A stretch of DNA of 32,000 nt from Delftia acidovorans NBRC 14950 (GTDB lineage Bacteria; Pseudomonadota; Gammaproteobacteria; Burkholderiales; Burkholderiaceae_C), in NCBI RefSeq assembly GCF_001598795.1, contig NZ_BCZP01000020.1, positions 1 to 32,000 on the forward strand, read 5' to 3'. Numbering within the stretch: the stretch's first letter is position 1; each line of letters opens with the position of its first letter. Position numbers and translations under genes: made by a program. This document shows positions 1 through 8,716 of the stretch, piece after piece. Below the pieces are notes generated by a model. That model had not been told where the DNA came from and made no database searches. It saw only the letters and a list, made by a program, of their open reading frames with translations.

Positions 1-279
1 GTGGCCGACCAGGTGGCGGTCAATTACCGCAAGGCCGACATCAGCGCCCGCCAGCGCGCCATGCTGGACTTCGCCATGAAGGTCTGCGAACGCAGCCATG
101 AAATCTGCGAGGCCGACTTCGAGGCGCTGCACGCCCACGGCTTCGATGATGAGGACATCTGGGACATTGCCGCCATCACGGCCTTCTTCGGCCTGTCCAA
201 CCGCATGGCCAGCTTTGCCGGCATGCAGCCCAATCCCGAGTTCTTCCTCATGGGGCGCGTGCCGCGCGAGAAGAAGTAG
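1..279 (+). CDS. Carboxymuconolactone decarboxylase (AhpD-like)/peroxidase-related family protein, C-terminal fragment; 5' end lies outside the window
   Basis: The frame is open from the window edge to TAG at 277-279. The translated tail (RQRAMLDFAMKV...DIWDIAAITAFFGLSNRMA) resembles the C-terminal CMD-domain region of peroxidase-related enzymes. The GTG at position 1 is probably an internal codon. Confidence 0.65.
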   Translation: MADQVAVNYRKADISARQRAMLDFAMKVCERSHEICEADFEALHAHGFDDEDIWDIAAITAFFGLSNRMASFAGMQPNPEFFLMGRVPREKK

Positions 280-1741
280 GCTGGCCGACCTGTGCCCCCT
301 GGCGCGCAGCAGCACCCTCGACCAAACCCCGGCATATCTCCCCCACCTGCCCCACGGCCCCCAGCAGGCGCGGCGTGGGCTCGTTGGCGCAGTTCAGGCG
401 CAGGTGGTTGGGCAGGTCCGAGCGCGATGAAAACAGCGGGCCGGGGCTGACGCCAATGCCCAGCTCCAGCGCGCGGCGGTGCACCTCCAGTGCATTCACC
501 TGGCGCGGCAACTCCACCCACAGCAGAAAGCCCGCGCGCGGGGCCGAGACACGGGTGCCGGGCGGAAAGCTGGCCTCGACCCTGGCCGTGACGGCCTGCA
601 CCCCGGCCTGCACGCGGGACTTGAGACGGCGCAGGTGCCGGTCGTAGTCGCCGCTGGCCAGCACCTCGCTCACGGCGGCTTCCAGCAGCGGCGCACCGGC
701 CCAGTCGCCCGCCAGGCGCACCTGCAGCACCTGGGCATGGAAGCGGCCCGCCGCAATCCAGCCCACGCGCCAGCCCGGCGCCAGGGTCTTGGACACCGAG
801 CCGCAATACAGCACGTTGCCGCTGCCGTCGAAGGCCTTGCAGGCCGGCGGGCGCTGGCCGTCGCCTGCAAGGTCGCCATAGACATCGTCTTCGATCAAGG
901 GAATGCCCGCCCGCTCCAGCAGCGCCACCAGGGCCTGCTTGCGCTCCACCGGCATGCTGGCGCCCAGCGGGTTCTGCACGGTGGGCGATGCCAGCACGGC
1001 AGCCGGCCGGTGGCGGGCAATGGCCTCGGCCAGCGGCTCCAGCAGCAGGCCTTCGCGGGGATCGGTGGCAATCTCCAGCGCCTTCAGGCCCAGGTCCTCC
1101 AGCAGCAGCAGGCTGCCGAAATAGGCGGGCCGCTCTACGGCCACGACATCGCCGGGCTTGCACACGGCGCGCAGGGCCAGCCGCACGGCCTGGGTGGCGC
1201 CTGCCGTCAGGACCAGGTCATCGGGGCCGAAGCGCGCACCCCATTGCGCGGCCCGGGCCGCGATCTGGCCGCGCAGGTCGGCGCGGCCCGGCGGCATGCT
1301 GTAGGTCTGCCCGTGCGCGTCCAGGCGGCGCCCGGCGGTCTGCAGCGCGCGCTGCAGCCGGGCCGTGGGCAGCCAGGCCGGATCGGGCAATGCCGCACCC
1401 AGCGGGATCAGGCGCGTGTCGGGACTGCTGAACAGCGAGCGCGCCAGGGCCGACAGGGTCACGGGCACGGGGCGCGACGACGGGCGGGACGCCTGCAACG
1501 CCGCGCCGCCGATTGCCTGCCGCACAAAGTAGCCCGAGCGCGGGCGCGCCACGATCAGGCCCTCCGCCTCCAGGCAGCGCAGCGCCTCCAGTGCGGTCGG
1601 CAGGCTGACCTGTTCGCGCTCGGCCAGGCTGCGGGCGGAGATCAGCCTGTCGCCGGGGCGCAGTGCGCCGCAGGCCAGCGTCTGGCGCAGGGCCTGGGCA
1701 ATGCGGCGGTACTGGGGCAAGGGTTCGTTGGTGGTGGGCAT
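248..1741 (-). CDS. MocR-family transcriptional regulator (GntR winged-HTH fused to a PLP-dependent aminotransferase-like domain)
   Basis: 497-aa ORF. The N-terminus (YRRIAQALRQ...ISARSLAEREQVSLPTALEALRCLEAEGLIVARPRSGYFV) is a GntR HTH. The remainder resembles a class I/II aminotransferase fold (SVSKTLAPGWRVGW carries the PLP-lysine-type motif). ATG at 1741-1739. Confidence 0.9.
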   Translation of the reverse strand: MPTTNEPLPQYRRIAQALRQTLACGALRPGDRLISARSLAEREQVSLPTALEALRCLEAEGLIVARPRSGYFVRQAIGGAALQASRPSSRPVPVTLSALARSLFSSPDTRLIPLGAALPDPAWLPTARLQRALQTAGRRLDAHGQTYSMPPGRADLRGQIAARAAQWGARFGPDDLVLTAGATQAVRLALRAVCKPGDVVAVERPAYFGSLLLLEDLGLKALEIATDPREGLLLEPLAEAIARHRPAAVLASPTVQNPLGASMPVERKQALVALLERAGIPLIEDDVYGDLAGDGQRPPACKAFDGSGNVLYCGSVSKTLAPGWRVGWIAAGRFHAQVLQVRLAGDWAGAPLLEAAVSEVLASGDYDRHLRRLKSRVQAGVQAVTARVEASFPPGTRVSAPRAGFLLWVELPRQVNALEVHRRALELGIGVSPGPLFSSRSDLPNHLRLNCANEPTPRLLGAVGQVGEICRGLVEGAAARQGAQVGQPTSSRAARAP

Positions 1742-1748
1742 GCCAATC

Positions 1749-1785
1749 TGTACAGGTCAGTTTTCTTGGATTCTGCTTATACAGG
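1749..1785. promoter_or_regulatory. Direct repeat TGTACAGG / TATACAGG (29 bp start-to-start) in the MocR-NAT divergent intergenic region; candidate MocR operator
   Basis: TGTACAGG at 1749-1756 and TATACAGG at 1778-1785, read directly from the sequence. Characterised MocR regulators (GabR, PdxR) bind spaced direct repeats. The assignment here is inference. Confidence 0.3.
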
Positions 1786-1837
1786 CATTGGCTGCCCGGA
1801 TTTATCGTTGCAGCCATCAAGCAACCCGAGGAAACCC

Positions 1838-2632
1838 ATGCAAGCCAGCAATTTCGATCTCCAGGCCTACTTCCGCCGCATCGGCTTCAGTGCCGGGGAC
1901 TCCGCCCAGGCGAATGCCGCCACCCTGCATGCGCTGATGCGCCAGCAGCTGTTTTCCGTGCCTTTCGAGAACCTCGACGTGCAGGCCGGCAAGATCGTCT
2001 CTCTGGTGCCCGAAGACATTGCGGGCAAGATCCTCGGCGGCGCCCGGGGCGGCTACTGCTACGAGGTGAACGGCCTGTTCGCCATGGCGCTGCAGGCCCT
2101 GGGCATTGCCTACCGCTTTGTGGCGGCGCGGCCCATGTTCTATCCGGCCCGCCGCCCCCGCACCCACATGGCCCTGGTGGCCGAGGTCGAGGGACGGCGC
2201 TGGCTGTGCGACCTGGGCTTTGGCAGCTACGGCATACGCGCCCCCATGGCCCTGGACGTGCTGGACACCGAGGTCCGCCAGGACGGCGACACCTTCCGCC
2301 TGAGCCTGGATGACCAGGGCGAGTACCTGCTGCAGGCCCGCGTGGACGGTGAATGGGCCAACCAGTACGCCTTCAACCTGTCGCCCCAGGAATGGGTGGA
2401 TTTTGCCCCCGCCAACTACCTGAACTCCACGCACCCGGATGCCATCTTCGTGCAAAAGCGGGTGGTGGTGCTGCACCAGCCGGCCGGCCGCATGATCCTG
2501 GTGGGCGACGCGCTCAAGACCATCACGGCCAGCGGCACCGAGACCAGGCAGCTGGCGCCTGATGAAATCCAGCACGTGCTGGGCAGCCTGTTCGGGCTGG
2601 CGACCGAGCGCCAGGCGGCCGCCGTGTGCTGA
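1838..2632 (+). CDS. Arylamine N-acetyltransferase (NAT / N-hydroxyarylamine O-acetyltransferase family)
   Basis: 264 aa starting at ATG 1838, which is internal to track ORF 479..2632. It has FENLD near the N-terminus, the catalytic-Cys context GGYCYEVNG, then THMAL (His) and CDLGFG (Asp), consistent with the NAT Cys-His-Asp triad. Confidence 0.9.
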   Translation: MQASNFDLQAYFRRIGFSAGDSAQANAATLHALMRQQLFSVPFENLDVQAGKIVSLVPEDIAGKILGGARGGYCYEVNGLFAMALQALGIAYRFVAARPMFYPARRPRTHMALVAEVEGRRWLCDLGFGSYGIRAPMALDVLDTEVRQDGDTFRLSLDDQGEYLLQARVDGEWANQYAFNLSPQEWVDFAPANYLNSTHPDAIFVQKRVVVLHQPAGRMILVGDALKTITASGTETRQLAPDEIQHVLGSLFGLATERQAAAVC

Positions 2633-2636
2633 CTCT

Positions 2637-3641
2637 CTAAGCCAGGCGGGTCGAATCCCGCTCGATCAGCTCGAACCCCAGGTCGAACGCCGAGCGCCCG
2701 GCACTGTGGCCCTTGCAGCGTGCCAGCACGAGTTCGGCGGCCAGGCGGCCTATGCCCGGTCCGTCCACATGCACGGTGGTCAGCGACGGCAGCAGGTGGG
2801 CCGCGAAATCGGCATTGCCGAAGCCCGAGACGGCCAGGTCCACGGGCACGCGCAGGCCGCGCGCCTGGGCTTCCACCAAAATGCCATGGGCCAGCATGTC
2901 CGAGCTGCAGACCACGGCCTGCAGATCGGGCTGCTGCGCCAGCAACTGGCCCAGCGCCTGCCGGCCCAGCTCCAGGCTGCCGGGCGCGGACACGGTGACC
3001 GTGGGCACCTCGCGGCCCCAGGCTGCAAGAAAGCCCTCGCGCCGCTGCTGGGCCCGGTGGTCGCTGCCCGTGGCCATGCCAACGCGCTGCAGGCCGCGCG
3101 AGAGGAAATAGCCGGCCAGCGCGCTGCCCACCTTGAGGTGGGAAAAGCCCACCACCATGTCCAGCGGCCGGTCGCTGAAGTCCCAGGTTTCCACCACGGG
3201 AATGCCGGTCCTGCGCAGCCGCTCGCGCGCCTTGTCGGACTGCACCAGGCCCATCATCACAATGCCGTCGGGCTGGCGCCCGATCATGGCGTTGAGTACC
3301 TCCTCCTCCCGCTGCTCGTCGTAGAAGGTCTGTCCCAGCAGCAGCTGATAGCCCTCCTGCGCCAGCGTTGCCGTCAATGACTGCACCGTGGGCAGGAATT
3401 GAGACACTGACAGCGCGGGCACCACGCCCGCCACCATGCGGCTGCGGCGGGACTTGAGCCCGCCGGCCAGCAGATTGGGGATATAGCCCGTGGCCTCCAC
3501 GGCCTGGCGCACGCGCTCGCGCGTCTTCTCCGAAACGATGGAAGGATTGCCCAGGGCGCGCGAGGCCGTGATCAGCGAGACGCCGGCCGCCTCGGCCACG
3601 TCGTGCAGCGTGGCGGGCCTGGGTGGTGTGGGTGTGTTCAT
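2637..3641 (-). CDS. LacI-family transcriptional regulator
   Basis: Starts MNTPTPPRPATLHDVAEAAGVSLITASRALGNP, a LacI-type HTH, followed by a periplasmic-binding-protein-like sugar-binding core. I chose ATG 3641 rather than the track start 3707 because the HTH normally sits at the extreme N-terminus. Confidence 0.9.
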   Translation of the reverse strand: MNTPTPPRPATLHDVAEAAGVSLITASRALGNPSIVSEKTRERVRQAVEATGYIPNLLAGGLKSRRSRMVAGVVPALSVSQFLPTVQSLTATLAQEGYQLLLGQTFYDEQREEEVLNAMIGRQPDGIVMMGLVQSDKARERLRRTGIPVVETWDFSDRPLDMVVGFSHLKVGSALAGYFLSRGLQRVGMATGSDHRAQQRREGFLAAWGREVPTVTVSAPGSLELGRQALGQLLAQQPDLQAVVCSSDMLAHGILVEAQARGLRVPVDLAVSGFGNADFAAHLLPSLTTVHVDGPGIGRLAAELVLARCKGHSAGRSAFDLGFELIERDSTRLA

Positions 3642-3754
3642 GGGCAAGCGCGATCGCGGGCTGGTATCGGGGACGGGCCTGAAGATAGCAGACCGCCCTC
3701 CACGCACGGGCGCCAGGCCTGCCCTGCATCGCAGAAATCGTGATTGACAGCCAA

Positions 3755-3772
3755 AATGACAACGATATCATT
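3755..3772. promoter_or_regulatory. LacI-type palindromic operator, site 1 (AATGACAAC|GATATCATT)
   Basis: 18-bp imperfect palindrome with a central CG, 7/9 half-site symmetry. It is a near-copy of site 2 and lies between the divergent LacI gene and the Bug/enolase genes. Confidence 0.55.
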
Positions 3773-3834
3773 TTGTTGGAAGCGCAAATCCTTGCATCTA
3801 AAAAACGGCATCTGCGCTTTTTCATTTCCACGGA

Positions 3835-3852
3835 AATGACAACGATGTCATT
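3835..3852. promoter_or_regulatory. LacI-type palindromic operator, site 2 (AATGACAAC|GATGTCATT)
   Basis: 18-bp palindrome with a central CG, 8/9 half-site symmetry. It ends 18 bp upstream of the Bug gene ATG (3871), just 5' of the AGGAGA RBS at 3861-3866. Confidence 0.6.
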
Positions 3853-3870
3853 CATAAACCAGGAGACAAG

Positions 3871-4839
3871 ATGAACCACATTCTTCGTGCCATGGCGCTG
3901 GCCCTGGCCGCGCTCACCGCCTTTTCTGCCTCGGCCCAGGCCTGGCCCGACAGGCCCGTCACCCTGGTCGTGCCCTTCCCCGCCGGCGGCTCCACCGACC
4001 AGGTCGCGCGCGCCGTGGCGCCCAGGCTGGGCGAGAAGCTCAGGCAGTCCTTCGTGGTGGAGAACAAGGCCGGCGCCACGGGCACCATCGGCGCGGCCTT
4101 CGTGCAGCGCGCGGCGGCGGACGGGCAGACCTTTCTCGTCACCTCGCTGGGCCCGCTGGTCATCGTGCCCCACCTGATCAAGAACCTGCCCTACGACGCC
4201 CTCAAGGACTTCGACCTGATCACCGTGGCCGTGCAGTCGCCCAACGTGCTGGTCGTGCCTGCCGCCTCGCCGCACAGGAGCGTGGCCGACGTGGTCGCCC
4301 ACCTCAAGGCCCATCCGGGCAAGATGAGCTTTGCCTCAGCCGGCCACGGCTCCAGCGACCACCTGACGGCCGAACTGTTCTGGCAGCAAACGGGCACCCA
4401 GGGCGTGCACATCCCCTACAAGGGCGGCGCACCCGCCCATGCCGACCTGATCGGCGGCCAGGTCGATGCCTCGTTCCAGAACATCAATGCCGTGATCCAG
4501 CACATCCGGGCCGGCAAGATGCGCGCCCTGGCCGTGACCAGCCCGCGCCGCTCGCCCGTGCTGCCGGACCTGCCCACGCTGGCCGAGGCCGGGGTGAAGA
4601 ACGTGGAGGTCGCCTCCTGGCAGGCCATCGTCGCGCCCAAGGGCCTGCCGCCTGCGCTGCGCGACAAGGCCCATGCGGCCTTTGTCGAGGCGCTCAACGA
4701 TCCCCGGGTGCGCGAGCAGTTCGTCTCCATCGGCTACGAGATGGTGGCCGGTACGCCCCAGCAGTTCGCCGAATTCCAGCGCCAGGAATACGCGCGCTGG
4801 AAGACGGTCATCGAGGCCGGAAAGATCAGCATCGACTGA
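3871..4839 (+). CDS. Bug-family (TctC-like) tripartite tricarboxylate transporter substrate-binding protein
   Basis: 322 aa. It has a signal peptide (MNHILRAMALALAALTAFSASAQA) followed by the family hallmark WPDRPVTLVVPFPAGGSTDQVAR. AGGAGA RBS upstream. Confidence 0.9.
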   Translation: MNHILRAMALALAALTAFSASAQAWPDRPVTLVVPFPAGGSTDQVARAVAPRLGEKLRQSFVVENKAGATGTIGAAFVQRAAADGQTFLVTSLGPLVIVPHLIKNLPYDALKDFDLITVAVQSPNVLVVPAASPHRSVADVVAHLKAHPGKMSFASAGHGSSDHLTAELFWQQTGTQGVHIPYKGGAPAHADLIGGQVDASFQNINAVIQHIRAGKMRALAVTSPRRSPVLPDLPTLAEAGVKNVEVASWQAIVAPKGLPPALRDKAHAAFVEALNDPRVREQFVSIGYEMVAGTPQQFAEFQRQEYARWKTVIEAGKISID

Positions 4840-4882
4840 TGCCTGCCCCTGTCCTTTTTCCAACCACCGCACTCCCGCAGCC

Positions 4883-6040
4883 ATGACCTCTTCCGCGCTC
4901 TCCGAAACCACCAGCCAGGACCGCATCCAGTGGATACGCCTGTCGTCCTGCTACCTCCCCCTGGCCCGGCCCATCAGCGATGCCAAGGTGCTCACGGGCC
5001 GCCAAAAGCCCATGACCGAGGTCGCCATGCTGTTCGCCGAGATCCAGACCCGCGACGGCCACCGGGGCCTGGGCCTGAGCTACGCCAAGCGCGCAGGCGG
5101 CCCCGGCCAGTTCGCCCATGCCAGCGAGATCGCCCCCCAACTGCTGGGCGAAGACCCCAGCGACATCGCGCGGCTGTGGACGCGCATGTGCTGGGCCGGC
5201 GCCTCCGTGGGCCGCAGCGGGCTGGCCGTGCAGGCCATCGCGGCCTTCGACGTGGCGCTGTACGACATCAAGGCGCGCCGCGCGGGCCTGCCGCTGTCCA
5301 AGCTGCTGGGCTCGCAGCGCGAATCCGTGCGCTGCTACAACACCTCGGGCGGCTTTCTGCACACGCCGCTGGATGAACTCAAGCGCAACGCCAGCGCCTC
5401 GCTGGAGCGCGGCATTGGCGGCATCAAGCTCAAGGTGGGCCAGCCCGACTGCGCGCTGGACATACGGCGTGTGGAGGCCATGCGCGCCCACCTGGGCGAT
5501 GCCGCGCCCATCATGGTCGATGCCAACCAGCAATGGGACCGCCCCACGGCCCAGCGCATGTGCCGTGTCTTCGAGGAATTCAACCTGGTCTGGATCGAGG
5601 AGCCGCTGGACGCCTACGACCACGAAGGCCATGCCGCGCTGGCCGCGCGCTTCGACACGCCGATCGCCACCGGCGAGATGCTGACCAGCGCCGCCGAGCA
5701 CGGCGATCTCATACGCCACCGCAGCGCCGACTTCCTCATGCCCGACGCGCCGCGCGTGGGCGGCATCACGCCCTTCCTGCAGATCGCCGCCCAGGCCGAA
5801 CTGGCCCACCTGAGCCTGGCGCCCCACTTCGCCATGGAGCTGCATGTGCACCTGGCCGCCACCTGCGCCAACGAGCCCTGGGTGGAACACTTCGACTGGC
5901 TGGAGCCGCTGTTCAACGAACGCCTGGACATCGCCGATGGCCGCATGCTCGTGCCCACGCGCCCCGGCCTGGGACTGAGCCTGAGCGAGCAGGCGCGGCG
6001 CTGGACGCGCGAAAGCGTGGAGTTCGGGGAGCGGGGTTGA
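4883..6040 (+). CDS. Enolase-superfamily enzyme, mandelate racemase subgroup (probable acid-sugar dehydratase)
   Basis: 385 aa from ATG 4883. It has the KxK motif (GGIKLKVG), metal-ligand contexts VDANQQW / WIEEP / ATGEM, and a His-containing APHF...H region. Sits with the LacI gene and the binding-protein gene. Confidence 0.88.
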   Translation: MTSSALSETTSQDRIQWIRLSSCYLPLARPISDAKVLTGRQKPMTEVAMLFAEIQTRDGHRGLGLSYAKRAGGPGQFAHASEIAPQLLGEDPSDIARLWTRMCWAGASVGRSGLAVQAIAAFDVALYDIKARRAGLPLSKLLGSQRESVRCYNTSGGFLHTPLDELKRNASASLERGIGGIKLKVGQPDCALDIRRVEAMRAHLGDAAPIMVDANQQWDRPTAQRMCRVFEEFNLVWIEEPLDAYDHEGHAALAARFDTPIATGEMLTSAAEHGDLIRHRSADFLMPDAPRVGGITPFLQIAAQAELAHLSLAPHFAMELHVHLAATCANEPWVEHFDWLEPLFNERLDIADGRMLVPTRPGLGLSLSEQARRWTRESVEFGERG

Positions 6041-6047
6041 GGGAATT

Positions 6048-6077
6048 GGGGCGTCAGGCCTCAAAGGCTTACGCCCC
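6048..6077 (+). terminator. GC-rich hairpin just downstream of the enolase-family gene (possible terminator)
   Basis: GGGGCGT (6048-6054) pairs with ACGCCCC (6071-6077), with further internal pairing. There is no clear U-tract afterwards, so intrinsic-terminator function is uncertain. Confidence 0.35.
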
Positions 6078-6393
6078 GTACTGCAGAGAAATGGCGCCAT
6101 CAGTCACTGGAGTAGGCCCAGACTCAATGGGACCTACTTTCATTCCAGCGGCCATTCGAGATAGATGTAATTACCTGAAACAAAAAAGAAAAGGTCGGAC
6201 AGAAGATTGTTACGATGCTTGCCGCCAGACAACGATCCGCCCAAATTGGGGATTGCAAACCTGCACGCCAGCCTGCCGATCAAGGGAAAAATGCGAGTGG
6301 TAAGCCCCCGTCCCGATTGCAGCCAGCCCGGACACTCTCCATCACTTTGCGGTATCGACATGAAGATTGGCGTATAGCAACGAAAGGCGAATT

Positions 6394-6915
6394 TTGATCA
6401 AACCAAATTTTCATCGGCTATGGCAGGAGTTTCCTGACCACGTCAGATTCAAGACCATGAAAGATCTATACACAGAACTGGGTGGTGCTGCCGAGAAAAA
6501 TATCTACTTACCAGGCTTCGGTCCCAATGGAAACACATGTGCCAGCCGGTTGAGCGTTGCCTTCAACAAGGCCGGTGCGCCGATCAACGCAGCCTTGGCG
6601 GGTACGGCTGGTGCACGGACATTGGGAACAAAAGACGGTTCTCGCATCATTTATGGCGTAGCAGATTTTCGATCCTATCTTTTGAAATCACTTGGCAAAC
6701 CATCCACTGATGCCGTCAGCCCATATGATGACAAATTTCGCGGCCTGAAAGGCATCATTGCCTTCAGCGTGAACTGGAGTGGCGCCACAGGTCATATCGC
6801 CTTATGGAATGGAGTCCATTATCGTGAACCGGGCTATGACAACTACTCCACTTACACAAATCCGGACAACCCATCCATCAAAACTTCACTTGGTGAATTT
6901 TGGGAGCTCACTTGA
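6394..6915 (+). CDS. tae4: Tae4-family type VI secretion amidase effector (NlpC/P60-like gamma-D-glutamyl-mDAP peptidoglycan amidase) candidate
   Basis: About 173-182 aa. The motifs NTCASRLSVAFN (Cys), ATGHIALWNG (His) and NPDNPS (Asp), with their spacing, match my recollection of the Tae4 Cys-His-Asp architecture. The start is ambiguous: TTG 6394 is preceded by GAAAGG at 6382-6387 and is preferred; TTG 6367 is the track start. The gene has lower GC than its flanks. Confidence 0.7.
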   Translation: MIKPNFHRLWQEFPDHVRFKTMKDLYTELGGAAEKNIYLPGFGPNGNTCASRLSVAFNKAGAPINAALAGTAGARTLGTKDGSRIIYGVADFRSYLLKSLGKPSTDAVSPYDDKFRGLKGIIAFSVNWSGATGHIALWNGVHYREPGYDNYSTYTNPDNPSIKTSLGEFWELT

Positions 6916-7322
6916 TGCGCATGGCTTTGCTGGCATGTGGTCTGGTCATCGCCGGATGCACCCCAGACACGAATCCCGCAGGTGGCACTCGCACGCAAGT
7001 GCAGCGCGACGTTGAAAGCTATGCCATCGCAAGCTGCCTGACCCAGCAGGCCGAGCCCTATCTCAAGGACCAAGGAGATGCCTGGGCATCCGTTGTCGTG
7101 CAGCGCATGCACGGGGATATCGAAGTGCTGGTGGGCATTGCCGAGCAGGTGCAACGGGAGAACACCAAGGGCGATATGGCCGTCATGCGCGACGAAACCC
7201 GTCCCGGGCAGGGCAAGCCATTGCCCGTGCTGCACTGTGGCGAGGTGATCGACCGGCCCGCCGTGCACGCTGCGATTCAAAAGGCGATTGCGGCACTGCG
7301 CCCATCCTACGAATCCAGGTAG
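6915..7322 (+). CDS. Lipoprotein, candidate Tai4-like immunity protein for the adjacent amidase
   Basis: ATG 6915 overlaps the upstream TGA (TGATG). The N-terminus MRMALLACGLVIAGC has a lipobox (IAGC). It is 135 aa, small and periplasm-directed, as expected for immunity to a periplasm-acting amidase. I do not recognise the family from sequence alone. Confidence 0.55.
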   Translation: MRMALLACGLVIAGCTPDTNPAGGTRTQVQRDVESYAIASCLTQQAEPYLKDQGDAWASVVVQRMHGDIEVLVGIAEQVQRENTKGDMAVMRDETRPGQGKPLPVLHCGEVIDRPAVHAAIQKAIAALRPSYESR

Positions 7323-7369
7323 GCCAGGCTGTTTCCCGAAAATCCGGGTTGAGGGTGGGCGACCAGCCC

Positions 7370-8712
<1,343 letters not shown>

Positions 8713-8716
<4 letters not shown>

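Noticed and set aside
24-1820. Minus- and plus-strand alternative-frame ORFs overlapping the MocR gene (24..1163, 1218..1820, 988..1431 and others).
   Set aside because: Their translations are Pro/Arg/Gly/Ala-rich with no domain signatures. They are out-of-frame shadows of a real gene in about 70% GC DNA.
479-1837. The N-terminal roughly 450 aa of the 717-aa plus-strand ORF 479..2632.
   Set aside because: It is antisense to the well-supported MocR gene and has Ala/Arg/Gly/Gln-rich, low-complexity composition typical of high-GC antisense frames. Only the part from ATG 1838 (NAT) is credible.
2416-4314. A 632-aa minus-strand ORF spanning the NAT 3' end, the LacI gene and the Bug gene.
   Set aside because: It crosses three independently supported genes and an AT-rich intergenic region. 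The translation is low-complexity (runs of G/R/A/P).
6140-6361. A 73-aa minus-strand ORF in the islet leader.
   Set aside because: It has no RBS, an odd composition and no partner context. It overlaps the possibly real plus-strand small ORF and the probable promoter region.
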